Source: Promethearchaeia archaeon
GTDB taxonomy: Archaea; Asgardarchaeota; Lokiarchaeia; Sigyniarchaeales; SOKP01
DNA length: 64,000 nt
Direction of reading: 5' to 3'
NCBI GenBank assembly: GCA_046483985.1
Contig: JAWOCD010000040.1
Location: 1 to 64,000 of the forward strand
In this document: one piece after another, positions 17,958-28,093 of the stretch
Layout: the number at the start of each line of letters is the position of its first letter
Numbering within the stretch: the stretch's first letter is position 1
Position numbers and translations under genes: made by a program
Notes under the pieces: model-generated
What the model saw: the letters and a program-made list of their open reading frames with translations, nothing else
What the model was told of the DNA's origin: nothing
Databases searched by the model: none

Positions 17958-20270
17958 ATGGTAGATTTTGAGCAATTTATCAAGTATCTCAAATCGCAGG
18001 ACTTCTATGACGATCAAATTTCCCATATTGAGCATATTAATCCGACGGAGGCGAATTACGGGAAAATAAATAGACCCTTATGGGAGAGATTACAATATTG
18101 GTTACATAAAAACCAAATTAAGTTATGGGCTCACCAGACCAAGGCCATAAATGCTATTAGAAGGGATAAAAATACAGTGATTGTGACCTCCACCGCATCG
18201 GGAAAATCGCTCTGTTATAATTTACCGGTATTAGATCATCTCTCAAAGGACCCCAACAGCACGGCGCTTTACCTCTTTCCTACGAAAGCACTAACCCGAG
18301 ATCAGTATACCACTTTGACCAGTCTAATGTCAGATATCAAAATTAATCTCGATCGGGTGGGCGTCTATGACGGAGATATAGACTCGTATCAGAAACGGAA
18401 AATTTTAAGGGACGCAAATATCATTATGACAAATCCCTATGGCTTGCATTATTACCTTCCTTGGTTTAAAAAAAAATGGCATCGGGTCTGTCAAAATCTA
18501 AAATACATTGTGTTAGACGAGATTCATATCTATCGCGGAATTTTTGGCAGTAATTTTGCATTTCTTCTTCGCAGGCTGAAGCGCATTCTGGGCTCTTACG
18601 GGGTAAACCCCATATGGATATTATGTAGTGCAACTATAAAAAATCCCGGGAAGTTTGCCTCTAAACTTGTTGGGGAAGATTTTGTAGTGATTGATGAAGA
18701 CGGATCCCCCTCTGGCCCAAAGAAAGTTATCCTCTGGGACCTTCCTTACGATGAGACCTCAAATAAATATCGCTCTGCCCATCAAGAGACCCAAAATTTA
18801 TACAAAAGTCACCTAAGAAAGAACATTCAGACTTTGGCTTTTACACTTTCTCGAAAAATGGCAGAGTTGCATGCAATTTGGACTCGTAATTCTCTAAAAG
18901 GAATAAAGAATAAGATTGTGAGTTACCGAGCGGGTATTTCAAAATCCAAGCGAAGAGAAATCGAGAACGCCCTAAAGCAAAGGGAAGTCCTAGGGGTTAG
19001 CTCTACGAATGCTTTAGAATTAGGTATTGATATCGGGTCCCTTGACGCCACGATCAGTTCTGGATTTCCGGGGACTATCTCAAGCTTTAAACAGCAGATC
19101 GGGCGTTCCGGGCGGGGGGCAAACCTCTCTATTTCTACCTACGTACCTATGCAAAATCCCTTAGATCTTTTTTATATCCATAACCCTGAGAAATTATTCG
19201 GACCTATCGAAGAAGAGGTCTTAATATCTACTTCTAATCAATACATCGTAAAGAATCATCTATGTTGTGCTGCAAAAGAAAGTCCCTTAACTATAGATGA
19301 ATATACAAAATTTGAATTTGACGATAAAGATGAATTCGAAGAGATTCTCATTGCTTTATGCGAAGAAGATCTTTTAATGCAGCGCGGAAAGAAATATTTC
19401 TGGAAAGGCGGTTTTTATCCCAATAAAGAATACAATTTAACTAATCTTTCCGATAATGCTTATAAAGTTATGCTGCAGACACCTGGTGGAGATGTATTAC
19501 TTACCACAGAGGATGAAAGCTATGTATTTCGTGACCTCCATCCAGGAGCAGTCTACTTATATGAAGCAGAGTCCTATGTCGTGAGTGAATTAGACTTAGA
19601 TCAAAGAGTTGTGTATATTTCCAAAGCTGATGTGAATTACTATACTCAATCGTTAAAACATACTGAAATTACGTCCTTGGAAGTATTGGATGAGAAACAA
19701 ACGGGCCCGAACGAAAATATTACCGCGTTTTTTGGGAATGTCAAGGTCGAATATGATTATTATTCCTATAAAGTGATAGACACGGTTTCTCAAGAAATTA
19801 TTTCCCGAAAGCCATTGGAGAACATCCCTTTAATTGAATTTGAAACCCAAGCGTTCTGGTTCTTAATTCCCTTTGAATATCAAAAAGATTTAGAGATGAA
19901 GGGATTGGATTTAGGAGGGGGAATCCATGCCATCGAACACGCTATGATTGCCATCAGTCCCGCCCTTGCTCAAATATCCCGCTGGGATTTGGGTGGGGTA
20001 TCCATCGATTTTGACCCCATTGAACAACAACCCGTGATTTACATTTATGACGCCTTTAAAGGAGGTATCGGAATTGCAGAATCACTATATTACAATTTTA
20101 ACCAATTGGCAGCTCTCAGCAATGATTTAATGGAAACTTGCGGCTGCGAAGGAGATAATGGATGTCCAGGCTGTATCATGTCAAGTCGTTGCGGAAACAA
20201 TAATTCCCCTCTCTCTAAGGAGGCAGCTCTCTTCCTAATGGGTAAAATGTTGGATAATTTTAGTGAATAA
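17958..20270 (+). CDS. DEAH helicase with C-terminal DUF1998 Cys cluster (Hrq1/MrfA/SftH family)
   Basis: Motifs TSTASGKS, DEIH, SAT, ALELGIDIG, QQIGRSGR, and CGC...GCPGC...C. ATG at 17958 preferred over 17916. Confidence 0.92.
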   Translation: MVDFEQFIKYLKSQDFYDDQISHIEHINPTEANYGKINRPLWERLQYWLHKNQIKLWAHQTKAINAIRRDKNTVIVTSTASGKSLCYNLPVLDHLSKDPNSTALYLFPTKALTRDQYTTLTSLMSDIKINLDRVGVYDGDIDSYQKRKILRDANIIMTNPYGLHYYLPWFKKKWHRVCQNLKYIVLDEIHIYRGIFGSNFAFLLRRLKRILGSYGVNPIWILCSATIKNPGKFASKLVGEDFVVIDEDGSPSGPKKVILWDLPYDETSNKYRSAHQETQNLYKSHLRKNIQTLAFTLSRKMAELHAIWTRNSLKGIKNKIVSYRAGISKSKRREIENALKQREVLGVSSTNALELGIDIGSLDATISSGFPGTISSFKQQIGRSGRGANLSISTYVPMQNPLDLFYIHNPEKLFGPIEEEVLISTSNQYIVKNHLCCAAKESPLTIDEYTKFEFDDKDEFEEILIALCEEDLLMQRGKKYFWKGGFYPNKEYNLTNLSDNAYKVMLQTPGGDVLLTTEDESYVFRDLHPGAVYLYEAESYVVSELDLDQRVVYISKADVNYYTQSLKHTEITSLEVLDEKQTGPNENITAFFGNVKVEYDYYSYKVIDTVSQEIISRKPLENIPLIEFETQAFWFLIPFEYQKDLEMKGLDLGGGIHAIEHAMIAISPALAQISRWDLGGVSIDFDPIEQQPVIYIYDAFKGGIGIAESLYYNFNQLAALSNDLMETCGCEGDNGCPGCIMSSRCGNNNSPLSKEAALFLMGKMLDNFSE

Positions 20271-20353
20271 ATAATAATATATTTATTTGCTTCTAAGGAT
20301 TGCTGTATTCCTTGAACCTCATCAATTTTTTCATACACATTGAATTTAATTAA

Positions 20354-20615
20354 ATGTATACAATATTCATAGGAAAACTTATATGCTTCTTATTTGGAGG
20401 CATTTACAGTAAAAAGCGAGCAAAAGCAAAAGGACAGACTGGTTGGGGCACCTCACAACAACCGAGATATCGGCAAAAGAATGTTCAATCCCAATATCGA
20501 GAGAGCAGGAATAGAGAAAAAAAAATGTAATTGAAACTACCTATGAAGAAGAAGTAACGCCCTCTCAGACAGGAGAAATGCATAAATTTTGCCCTATGGT
20601 TCGAAAATCAATTAG
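20354..20615 (+). pseudogene. Frameshifted paralog of the 17405-17797 Zn-ribbon membrane protein
   Basis: GIYSKKRAK.../NVIETTYEEEV...HKFCP/GSKIN* aligns with GISSKNRAK...NVIETTYEEEV...HQFCP...GSKIDY; the Zn-ribbon core is deleted. Confidence 0.8.
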
Positions 20616-21325
20616 CAAAGTCTTTTTCCGAAATAAAGACTTTGAATTTCTTTATCTTCTGGCCAAAAGCCAAGACCTTGAGATTTTCCCAATAATCTAT
20701 AATTATGCTTCTTATAGAATGGAATTGATTTATAATTCTTTTCGCTCGTTCCCAAGCATACTCCTTTAACCCCTTTTGAGATTAAATGATCTTCAAGTGA
20801 CTTTATAAGACGAGTCCCGATTCCTTTCCTTTGATATTGGTTAAGAACATCAATATGTAGATGTGCGGGATATTCTTCCCAATATGCTATTTCATTAATC
20901 GTTTCTCCCGTTTCTGGTTTACTATTTTTGAGAAATCTCCTCACAATATGAAAATCGCTATGGTATCGCCAAGAGGTGTAGATATATAAGCGAAGAATTA
21001 ACTTCCATTTGATTTTCTGTTTATATATCTTTTCATATTTCTTGGTATCTAAACTGCTCAATGCATATCCGATAATTTTCCTTTTATTGTTTTCTTGAGT
21101 GACAGCCACAAAACCATTTTCCGGTTCATATTTAGGATAATAACTGCAAAATAGGAGACCGAATAAGTTCTTATCCGAAAAGTAAGGAGATGCATCCCCC
21201 CCATAATATCCGCAGTGAAAACATACATTAATAATCTCATCCTTATCAGATTTCCGACATTTTCGTATTTGTATGGAATTCATTATTTTAAAAGGTAGAT
21301 TTATAGAGAAGTATTTAAATTTCAA
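20612..21325 (-). CDS. GNAT family N-acetyltransferase
   Basis: YPAHLHIDV, QRKGIG acetyl-CoA motif, FYKK. Confidence 0.88.
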   Translation of the reverse strand: MKFKYFSINLPFKIMNSIQIRKCRKSDKDEIINVCFHCGYYGGDASPYFSDKNLFGLLFCSYYPKYEPENGFVAVTQENNKRKIIGYALSSLDTKKYEKIYKQKIKWKLILRLYIYTSWRYHSDFHIVRRFLKNSKPETGETINEIAYWEEYPAHLHIDVLNQYQRKGIGTRLIKSLEDHLISKGVKGVCLGTSEKNYKSIPFYKKHNYRLLGKSQGLGFWPEDKEIQSLYFGKRLC

Positions 21326-21390
21326 TATAGGAAGTTTTTAATTTATTAAGATAATTAAATAATTAGCATATTAAATAAATAGGTTTCAAA

Positions 21391-22398
21391 ATGTCTGAAC
21401 TAGAGTGGAAGAAAATAGGATTTAAAGATTTTATCAGTCAGTTTGGTATCGGTCTTGTCTTAAATCATGCACCTTCCATTCTTTTTTCAAAAGAAGATAC
21501 CGAGCATGAAGCTTTTCGATCGTTAATTGGTTTTTTTCTCGTTTCCGGAGGGTTGCTCATTTATGTAGCTGTATCTTTAATGTTAAGTCCTATTTTCTTT
21601 GGCCTAATCCCTTTTATAGTGGTCATAGTTGTGGGAGGAGTAGCAGACGGAATCTTATTTTTCAATTATTTACGTTCAAATGTAAATATTAAACCTATTG
21701 AATGCTGGATTGAAATCCACAGAGGGAAAAAGTCCAAGAAAAGTAACCAATTTTACTGTTTTACATATTATCCAATATTTTCAGGAAAATGCCATCCCAA
21801 TAGAGCAAAAAATGTTATTCTCAAATTATATCAAGATGAAATTTTAAAATCTAAAATAGATATCACTCAAATCGAAGTGTATGTGGAGATAGACCAAAAG
21901 CAAAAAACACTTGAAAAGGAAATAGGATATTTTTTTCAAAATGGAGAAGGGAAACCATTTACAACCGAGAATATAATGGAAAACAGATGGAAATTTTTTC
22001 CCGAGGTCAGAGCGCAAAATGAGAATTATATTGCAATTGCGAACTGGTACCATCAGTACGAATGGCGGCGTGATTTAGAATTAGATTTTGATAAGCTACA
22101 CGTATATGCTCCGTGGGTTATTCAATCTTGGAATGAAGAAAACTTAAAACCATTAACTGAAGCCTTTAAAAAACAGATATTTTGGAAAGAACGGGGTATC
22201 GATTCAATTCCCAAACTGAAGCCATGGATTGACGATTTAAATAAGCAAGAATATGAAAATATGGATTATTTTCGAGATTTACAAATGGTTGAGAGAGCCA
22301 TTGACGAGGTTATGGGGGAAAATGTAAAACTGGAAGAATTAAGCGACATAAAAGAAAAGATATTAGAATTTAAAAAATTTTTTAATGAATTAGAGTAA
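21391..22398 (+). CDS. Hypothetical protein with two N-terminal TM helices
   Basis: 335-aa ORF; hydrophobic hairpin at about residues 45-92, then a soluble domain. Confidence 0.7.
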   Translation: MSELEWKKIGFKDFISQFGIGLVLNHAPSILFSKEDTEHEAFRSLIGFFLVSGGLLIYVAVSLMLSPIFFGLIPFIVVIVVGGVADGILFFNYLRSNVNIKPIECWIEIHRGKKSKKSNQFYCFTYYPIFSGKCHPNRAKNVILKLYQDEILKSKIDITQIEVYVEIDQKQKTLEKEIGYFFQNGEGKPFTTENIMENRWKFFPEVRAQNENYIAIANWYHQYEWRRDLELDFDKLHVYAPWVIQSWNEENLKPLTEAFKKQIFWKERGIDSIPKLKPWIDDLNKQEYENMDYFRDLQMVERAIDEVMGENVKLEELSDIKEKILEFKKFFNELE

Positions 22399-22719
22399 AT
22401 CTTTTTTCGCCAATTTTTCTGCATATATATCTTCATTGTTTTTATATTCCTTTAATTGTCTTTCAAGGTCATTAATTTTAGCTCGAAAGTCCAAAAGAAA
22501 GCATCCTTCAATCTTCTGGGTCTTTTTCATTCTTTTCGGTTTTTTTCCAATCTATCAAGTTCAAATCCACTTTGGATGTCTCTAATTTCATATTGTTATC
22601 TTTAATTAATATATCTTTCGGTTTTTCGGAAAAGATTTAGATATCAAATAATGCCGCCCTTAAACTAGCCGTTCCGAGATCAAAAGCTAAAATAAACTTA
22701 TCTCTCATATCTTCTAATA

Positions 22720-22771
22720 TTGAACTAGCATGCCCTAAAGGACGGTGTTTTCTTTTGCCGTCTATGATAAA
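22720..22771 (-). mobile_element. Miniature IS200/IS605-derived palindromic element (PATE-like)
   Basis: Minus strand reads TTTAT-...-ACCGTCCTTTAGGGCATGC-TAGTTCAA; same terminus as the tnpB remnant. Confidence 0.55.
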
Positions 22772-22918
22772 TTTTGTAGTCTTAAATTATTAATACAGAG
22801 AAATTATATAAAGATTATAAATTAAACATAAAAATATTGGAATTGTTGTATTAGATTATATTAGATAGGTTAAGAAGATTAAAAAAAAAATATAGAATAA
22901 AAAAGTATTCTTAATACT

Positions 22919-24094
22919 TTAACGCTTTATTTGACCAGAAACCCAATCATAATAGCCTTCTTCTTCAAGATGCTCGGGAATTTCTGCGAAGAATTCTTTA
23001 GTGATATCCTTCATGTGTTTTGCAGAGACAGGGTGAAACATCATAGCAAGATCAAGTCCTACAAGCGCCAAACACAGAGCATTTAGAATCTCCCATAAGG
23101 GTCCTCTGTATTCTCGGGCTCCCCATCTACTCCCCGTTTCCATGGCCATTTCCTCTGACATCCAAGCCTCACGCGCTCCCCAAGCATTGGTAGTTCCTCC
23201 GCTGATTGGGAAGGCAAGTGTATCTTCGCCTAATAGTCCAGCCATTCTCATTCTCTGATAAATACTGAAGGAGTATTCAAATCCATACCCCAGAGTAGCA
23301 CAAGTTGGATCCATGACAATTCTTTTACGTTCAAGCCCTAATTCCATAGCATCCTTATTCATTTTAATTTGATTGTTGAGATCTAAACTTGTCCAGAGAA
23401 GGCAATTATGGTCGTATTCCACTGCAACAGGCACTACATCTTCCCATGTCCCTTTATCTGCCGCAGATAGCAATAATACATCATCTTCACAGACAGCTGC
23501 TAGCTCTTTGAACATTTTCACGTCTTTTTTCTTGTTTCCCGAACAGCCAATAAGGACCGGAACATCAACGGCTTGCAAGATTTCCTCAAAAATCTTTCTG
23601 GATTTCTTTACGGGCCAATCCAATGTACCCGGATCAATCCCTAAACTATGGAAAGTTATACACTCCGCTCCATATTCATCAATTGCAAATTTTGCCCATT
23701 CTGCCGGATCAGCCAAGACCTCTTCATATTCCAACTTGATTGGTTTGGGAAGATGCATTTTATCTCCCATGTCAAATACATCGTAAGTGACCAATGGAGG
23801 ATTAGGATTTTTCTTCTCTAAGCCAAGAAAGTTATAAAAGGGAGGAACAGTTTCACCGCCAATGGTACATGTTTTCCCGTTTTCTCTGATGAATTGAATG
23901 GTCTCAATTTCACCAGGATATTCAAGGTCTAATTCAAATTCGGTCTCAGTCCATTCTGCTTTTCCGAGCTGCTTAGCTCCTGGCATTCCTGTAGCTCTTG
24001 CAGCTGTTTGGACTACTGTGGGAAGCACTTGTAATTGGAGATATTCCGCAAATAAATCTACGTCTTTTAATTCAATTTCCTCGGTATTATTCAT
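22919..24094 (-). CDS. cdhD: Acetyl-CoA decarbonylase/synthase delta subunit (corrinoid Fe-S protein small subunit)
   Basis: Motifs IGGETVPPFY, DPAEWAK, VMDPT, LGYGFEYS, NAWGAREAW, MFHP. Confidence 0.92.
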   Translation of the reverse strand: MNNTEEIELKDVDLFAEYLQLQVLPTVVQTAARATGMPGAKQLGKAEWTETEFELDLEYPGEIETIQFIRENGKTCTIGGETVPPFYNFLGLEKKNPNPPLVTYDVFDMGDKMHLPKPIKLEYEEVLADPAEWAKFAIDEYGAECITFHSLGIDPGTLDWPVKKSRKIFEEILQAVDVPVLIGCSGNKKKDVKMFKELAAVCEDDVLLLSAADKGTWEDVVPVAVEYDHNCLLWTSLDLNNQIKMNKDAMELGLERKRIVMDPTCATLGYGFEYSFSIYQRMRMAGLLGEDTLAFPISGGTTNAWGAREAWMSEEMAMETGSRWGAREYRGPLWEILNALCLALVGLDLAMMFHPVSAKHMKDITKEFFAEIPEHLEEEGYYDWVSGQIKR

Positions 24095-24532
24095 TAATTT
24101 GCTAAGTTTTTTACTAAGATCTTCAAACGAAATATGACATCACTCTAAATTTTCAATTCACATTTAGTAATTTGAAAAACATTATAAGAAATATAAATTT
24201 GATGTTTGAAAAACATAATCATTTAAATATGTTACGCGTCGAAATTCGTCACATTTTTTAAAAAGGCGTAAAAATTTCGCATTCTTAAATGCGTTTTAAG
24301 GATCGCAATCAGACAAAAAGGGGAAAAACCATGTAAAATTTCATAAATTGTTATATGGGAATATTCACCAAGACAAAGAGGAGAAATTCAAACTTTAAAA
24401 CTTTTCTTAAAGCCTCATATCTCAAAACAATCAAACTCACGATGATAAGTTAAGAGCAACATTTGTTAATTTCAAGTATTCCTAAAGTTCAAACCCTATT
24501 CCCAAGTGCTTCTATTCTTATTATAGAAAATC

Positions 24533-25054
24533 TCAATTTGTGGAGTTCTTATACCTTTCTAATGAGTCACGGATACAATCTTTGGCTTCTTTCTTTCCAA
24601 ACCAACCTTGGACTTTTGATTCCTTTCCTTCCTCTAATTCCTTATAACGTCGAAAAAATTGTTTAATTTCGCTTAGCAACCCTTTTTGTATATCTTCATA
24701 TCCCTCAGTCTGACTAAAGAAGTTATCATTAATCGGTACTGTTAAAATCTTGTTATCCTCTCCAGCCTCATCTATCATTTTTAACATTGCGAGGGGGCGT
24801 ACCTGCACGATTGAGGGGGAAGTAAGGGGAAATCGGGTCCATATAAGGGCATCTAAAGCGTCTCCATCCTTCGCAAGAGTCTGGGGGATAAAACCATAAT
24901 TTAATGGATAAATAAGCGAAGAATGTAACACTCGATCCAACATTAGAAAACCGTCCTCCATTTCATATTTATTACGACTCTGAGAGGGGATTTCTACAAC
25001 CACATAAAAATTCTTTGGAATATCAGTTGTTTGTTGTTTATCGTGATATTTCAT
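24533..25054 (-). CDS. ppa: Family I inorganic pyrophosphatase
   Basis: Motifs EIP...KYE, YPLNYGFIPQTL, DGDALD. Confidence 0.95.
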   Translation of the reverse strand: MKYHDKQQTTDIPKNFYVVVEIPSQSRNKYEMEDGFLMLDRVLHSSLIYPLNYGFIPQTLAKDGDALDALIWTRFPLTSPSIVQVRPLAMLKMIDEAGEDNKILTVPINDNFFSQTEGYEDIQKGLLSEIKQFFRRYKELEEGKESKVQGWFGKKEAKDCIRDSLERYKNSTN

Positions 25055-25372
25055 TTTTATTCTTTTAATATTGAGTAGGTGTAATAATAATAACTATAAA
25101 AAAAAATGAACAATGCTAAATAATTCTATCGTCATTGAAATATAATTGGAACAACTGGTAAAGCTGATAAGGAAGCCATAAAACCCTGCTTGAGGGATTA
25201 TGCCTTAGAGTTCTCCCCCTTTATATTTTTTTCGCCCGAAAATCAATGTAACTCCGAACCAGTCGCTCTTTCGCAATTCTTCGTATAATAGAATTCCCCA
25301 TCCTATGCCCAGAAGGAAAGGGGTTTTTTGTGCTGAATTCTCCATTACAAATTAAGGTATTTTTATCTGTTA

Positions 25373-25423
25373 TTGAAGTCTCCCCGCCTAAAGGGATGGG
25401 GACTTCTTTCGCAGATCGTTAAA
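25373..25423 (-). mobile_element. Miniature IS200/IS605-derived palindromic element (PATE-like)
   Basis: Minus strand reads TTTAA-cgatctgcgaaa-GAAGTCCCCATCCCTTTAGGCGGGGAGACTTC-AA. Confidence 0.6.
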
Positions 25424-25524
25424 AATTAGAAACAAAAAAAAGGAAGTAACATTTAATAAAATTGAAGAGGAGTTCAAACCTCTCTAAAATTAATAAGCAA
25501 CAAAAAAAAGAAGAAAACAGAATT

Positions 25525-26502
25525 ATGAGAAAAAGAAAGAGTCAAGGTCGAGATTTAGCGGTAAAAAACGCATTGATCGCTGAGGATTTAAAGAAAAATT
25601 ATGGTTCCATTTTAGCCCTTGATAATATTTCTTTCAATGTCTTAAATGGAGAGATTTTTGGGTTTTTAGGTCCTAATGGAGCGGGTAAAACAACTACAAC
25701 AAATATCTTTACAGGGATAATCCGACCTACTTCTGGAGTTGCAAAAATATTTACATTCGACATTTCAAAAGAACCCGTAAGCGCTAAGAGATTAATAGGG
25801 ATTGTACCGCAAGAACCATTTGTTTACGGTGAGCTGAGTGCGTGGGATAACCTAATGTTTAAAGCAAAAATGCATAATTTAGGAAAAGAGGAAAGAAGGC
25901 GGAAAGCTTCCAAATTACTAAAAGAATTTACTTTATATGAAAGGCGTGATAATAAAGTAAGTACATATTCGGGGGGGATGAAGAAATTATTAACTATGGC
26001 TATAGCATTAGTTCATAAACCAAAAATTTTATTTTTAGACGAACCAACAACGGGTTTAGATGTTCGGAGTTCAAGAAAAATTCGAGAGAAAATTAAGAAA
26101 TTAAACCGTACAGGAGTAACTATATTTCTCACTACACATAATATGGAGGAAGCTAGCCAGCTTTGTGATAGAGTTGCTATAATTGACAATGGTCACATAA
26201 TTAGTATTGGAACACCAGATAAATTAAAAAAAACACTGCAAAAGGAATTATTAATTGAATTAGAATTAAAAGTTGAACCCAAAATTCAAGAAAGAATAAA
26301 AAAAAGTGTCCAAAGCTTTAAGAGAATAAGAGAGATAAAAACCATTAAAAAAGGATTGAAGATATTAATTGAAGATCAATCGATCTTATCTGATTTATTT
26401 CATTTTATCCATGAGAATGAGATAATAATTTCATCAATTTATACAATAAAACCAACACTAGAAGAAGCTTTTGTGAGAATCATAGACCAAATGACTGAGT
26501 AA
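25525..26502 (+). CDS. ABC exporter ATP-binding subunit (DrrA-like)
   Basis: Motifs GPNGAGKT, YSGGM, LFLDEPT, TTH; start codon uncertain (25462 or 25525). Confidence 0.92.
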   Translation: MRKRKSQGRDLAVKNALIAEDLKKNYGSILALDNISFNVLNGEIFGFLGPNGAGKTTTTNIFTGIIRPTSGVAKIFTFDISKEPVSAKRLIGIVPQEPFVYGELSAWDNLMFKAKMHNLGKEERRRKASKLLKEFTLYERRDNKVSTYSGGMKKLLTMAIALVHKPKILFLDEPTTGLDVRSSRKIREKIKKLNRTGVTIFLTTHNMEEASQLCDRVAIIDNGHIISIGTPDKLKKTLQKELLIELELKVEPKIQERIKKSVQSFKRIREIKTIKKGLKILIEDQSILSDLFHFIHENEIIISSIYTIKPTLEEAFVRIIDQMTE

Positions 26503-26515
26503 TCATTAATAATAA

Positions 26516-27289
26516 ATGAAAACGAAGAGGAGAAAAGAATTGAAAAAATTAATTGAAGAATTTAAGAAATGTCTTTATATTTCATTAAAAGATCTAAAAC
26601 TTTACTTTTTAAAAGGTCCAAATTTAACTTTTGGGATTCTGTTACCTGTAGTATTATATTTAGCATTCTCCGCTGGGAATGAAGGAAGTCTCGTAAATAC
26701 AATTCCCGGTTTAATTTCGATGGGTATTTTTTTTGGGGCTGGTGCTATCCATGCAGTATCTATCCCTCTTGAAAAACAGTTAGGAACCATAAAAATGGTT
26801 CTTACAACCCCCACAAGATTTCTAACGGTAATTTGTGGGAAGATTTTAGCGGGATGTTTTTTTGGACTAATTTTATCCTCATTCTATTCTCTTACCATTT
26901 TTATTTTTTCATTCTCTTTTTCTTTATCGATTAATTTTTTACTATATTTTACAGCTATATTATTATCTTCACTTATGGCTTCCACTTTTGGAGTTTTCCT
27001 AGCAACCCCTTTTCGAGAGATTCCTCAAGCAATGCCTCCCGCAACAGTAATTCGTATTTTTATGGTTTTTATTTGTGGAGTTTTCCAGCCTATAAGCGAT
27101 CTGCCGATAATCTTTCAAATGGTGGCATATTTTTTACCTCTTACCTATTCTGTTCAGTTATTTGAACAAGCATTTGGAGGACCTACTTTACAACTTTTTA
27201 ACTTTTTAGTCAATATTGGAGCATTATTATTATTTATGATTTTATTCCTAATTTTAGGTTATAATATATTTAAAAGAAAAATTGAATGA
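26516..27289 (+). CDS. ABC-2 type permease
   Basis: About six TM segments; EKQLGT, GVFQP, LPLTY. Confidence 0.9.
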   Translation: MKTKRRKELKKLIEEFKKCLYISLKDLKLYFLKGPNLTFGILLPVVLYLAFSAGNEGSLVNTIPGLISMGIFFGAGAIHAVSIPLEKQLGTIKMVLTTPTRFLTVICGKILAGCFFGLILSSFYSLTIFIFSFSFSLSINFLLYFTAILLSSLMASTFGVFLATPFREIPQAMPPATVIRIFMVFICGVFQPISDLPIIFQMVAYFLPLTYSVQLFEQAFGGPTLQLFNFLVNIGALLLFMILFLILGYNIFKRKIE

Positions 27290-27362
27290 CAAACAAAATA
27301 AAAAGCCACTATAATCATTCCATTAATCGGAGTAATGCAAAATCAATCGAAAATCCAATTTT

Positions 27363-27508
27363 TATAGTCTTTTGTATAAGTTTTTTTACATTTTATAATT
27401 CCGCTTTTTTTAATTTATAACAACTTTAATCATATCTACCCTTAATTCTGAAAAGAAGCGTGATATCTGGATATATATGAATAAAAATTATTATAGCAAA
27501 AGACTATA
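27363..27508. mobile_element. MITE copy 1 (about 146 bp, TA-flanked terminal inverted repeats)
   Basis: TATAGTCTTTTG...CAAAAGACTATA; nearly identical to 27732-27878. Confidence 0.8.
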
Positions 27509-27572
27509 TATGGATATTAAACCCTTATATTATCCTTGTATTACATCTCTTTAAATAAAGAGATTAAAAGGA

Positions 27573-27731
27573 ATGAATATCAAGATGAGTATGGCAAGAA
27601 CATCAGATTATTTGGAGTTTTACGGGATTCCTCTCAAAATGGACAAGATTTTTACGGTCCAAGATGAGTAGGGATCCAGTAAGAAGGGATCTCCCCCGTA
27701 TCCTCTTGAGGCAATATTTAAGGCGATCATA
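27573..27731 (+). pseudogene. Transposase N-terminal fragment (IS5/IS1182 DUF772-like)
   Basis: ...KIFTVQDE*GSSKKGSPPYPLEAIFKAII; internal stop; cut off by MITE copy 2. Confidence 0.5.
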
Positions 27732-27878
27732 TATAGTCTTTTGCATAAGTTTTTTTACATTTTATAATTCCGCTTTTTTTAATTTATAACAACTTTAATC
27801 ATATCTACCCTTAATTCTGAAAAGAAGCGTGATATCTGGATATAATATGATTAAAAATTATTATAGCAAAAGACTATA
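27732..27878. mobile_element. MITE copy 2 (about 147 bp)
   Basis: Direct repeat of 27363-27508 with the same TIRs and a few substitutions/indels. Confidence 0.8.
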
Positions 27879-28093
27879 ATTTAGTCATTCAATTCTAAAA
27901 GTTATCGTTTTAGTTAGCTCTGCCAGTTGTTTATTTTAAAAAATGCAACTTTTTATGACAAAGAGAGCAAGATTCACTTAAGAATCAAAAATTCGGACAT
28001 GTTCCAAACTCATCGAAAAAAGGGATTAAAAAATATAAAAGATAACTTTAAATGTTTATCGATAAAATTTATTGAATAGAAAGGTGAACTAAA

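Noticed and set aside
22392-22591. Small minus-strand ORF MKLETSKVDL...
   Set aside because: Stops after about 27 codons unless an A-run frameshift is assumed; no recognisable homology.
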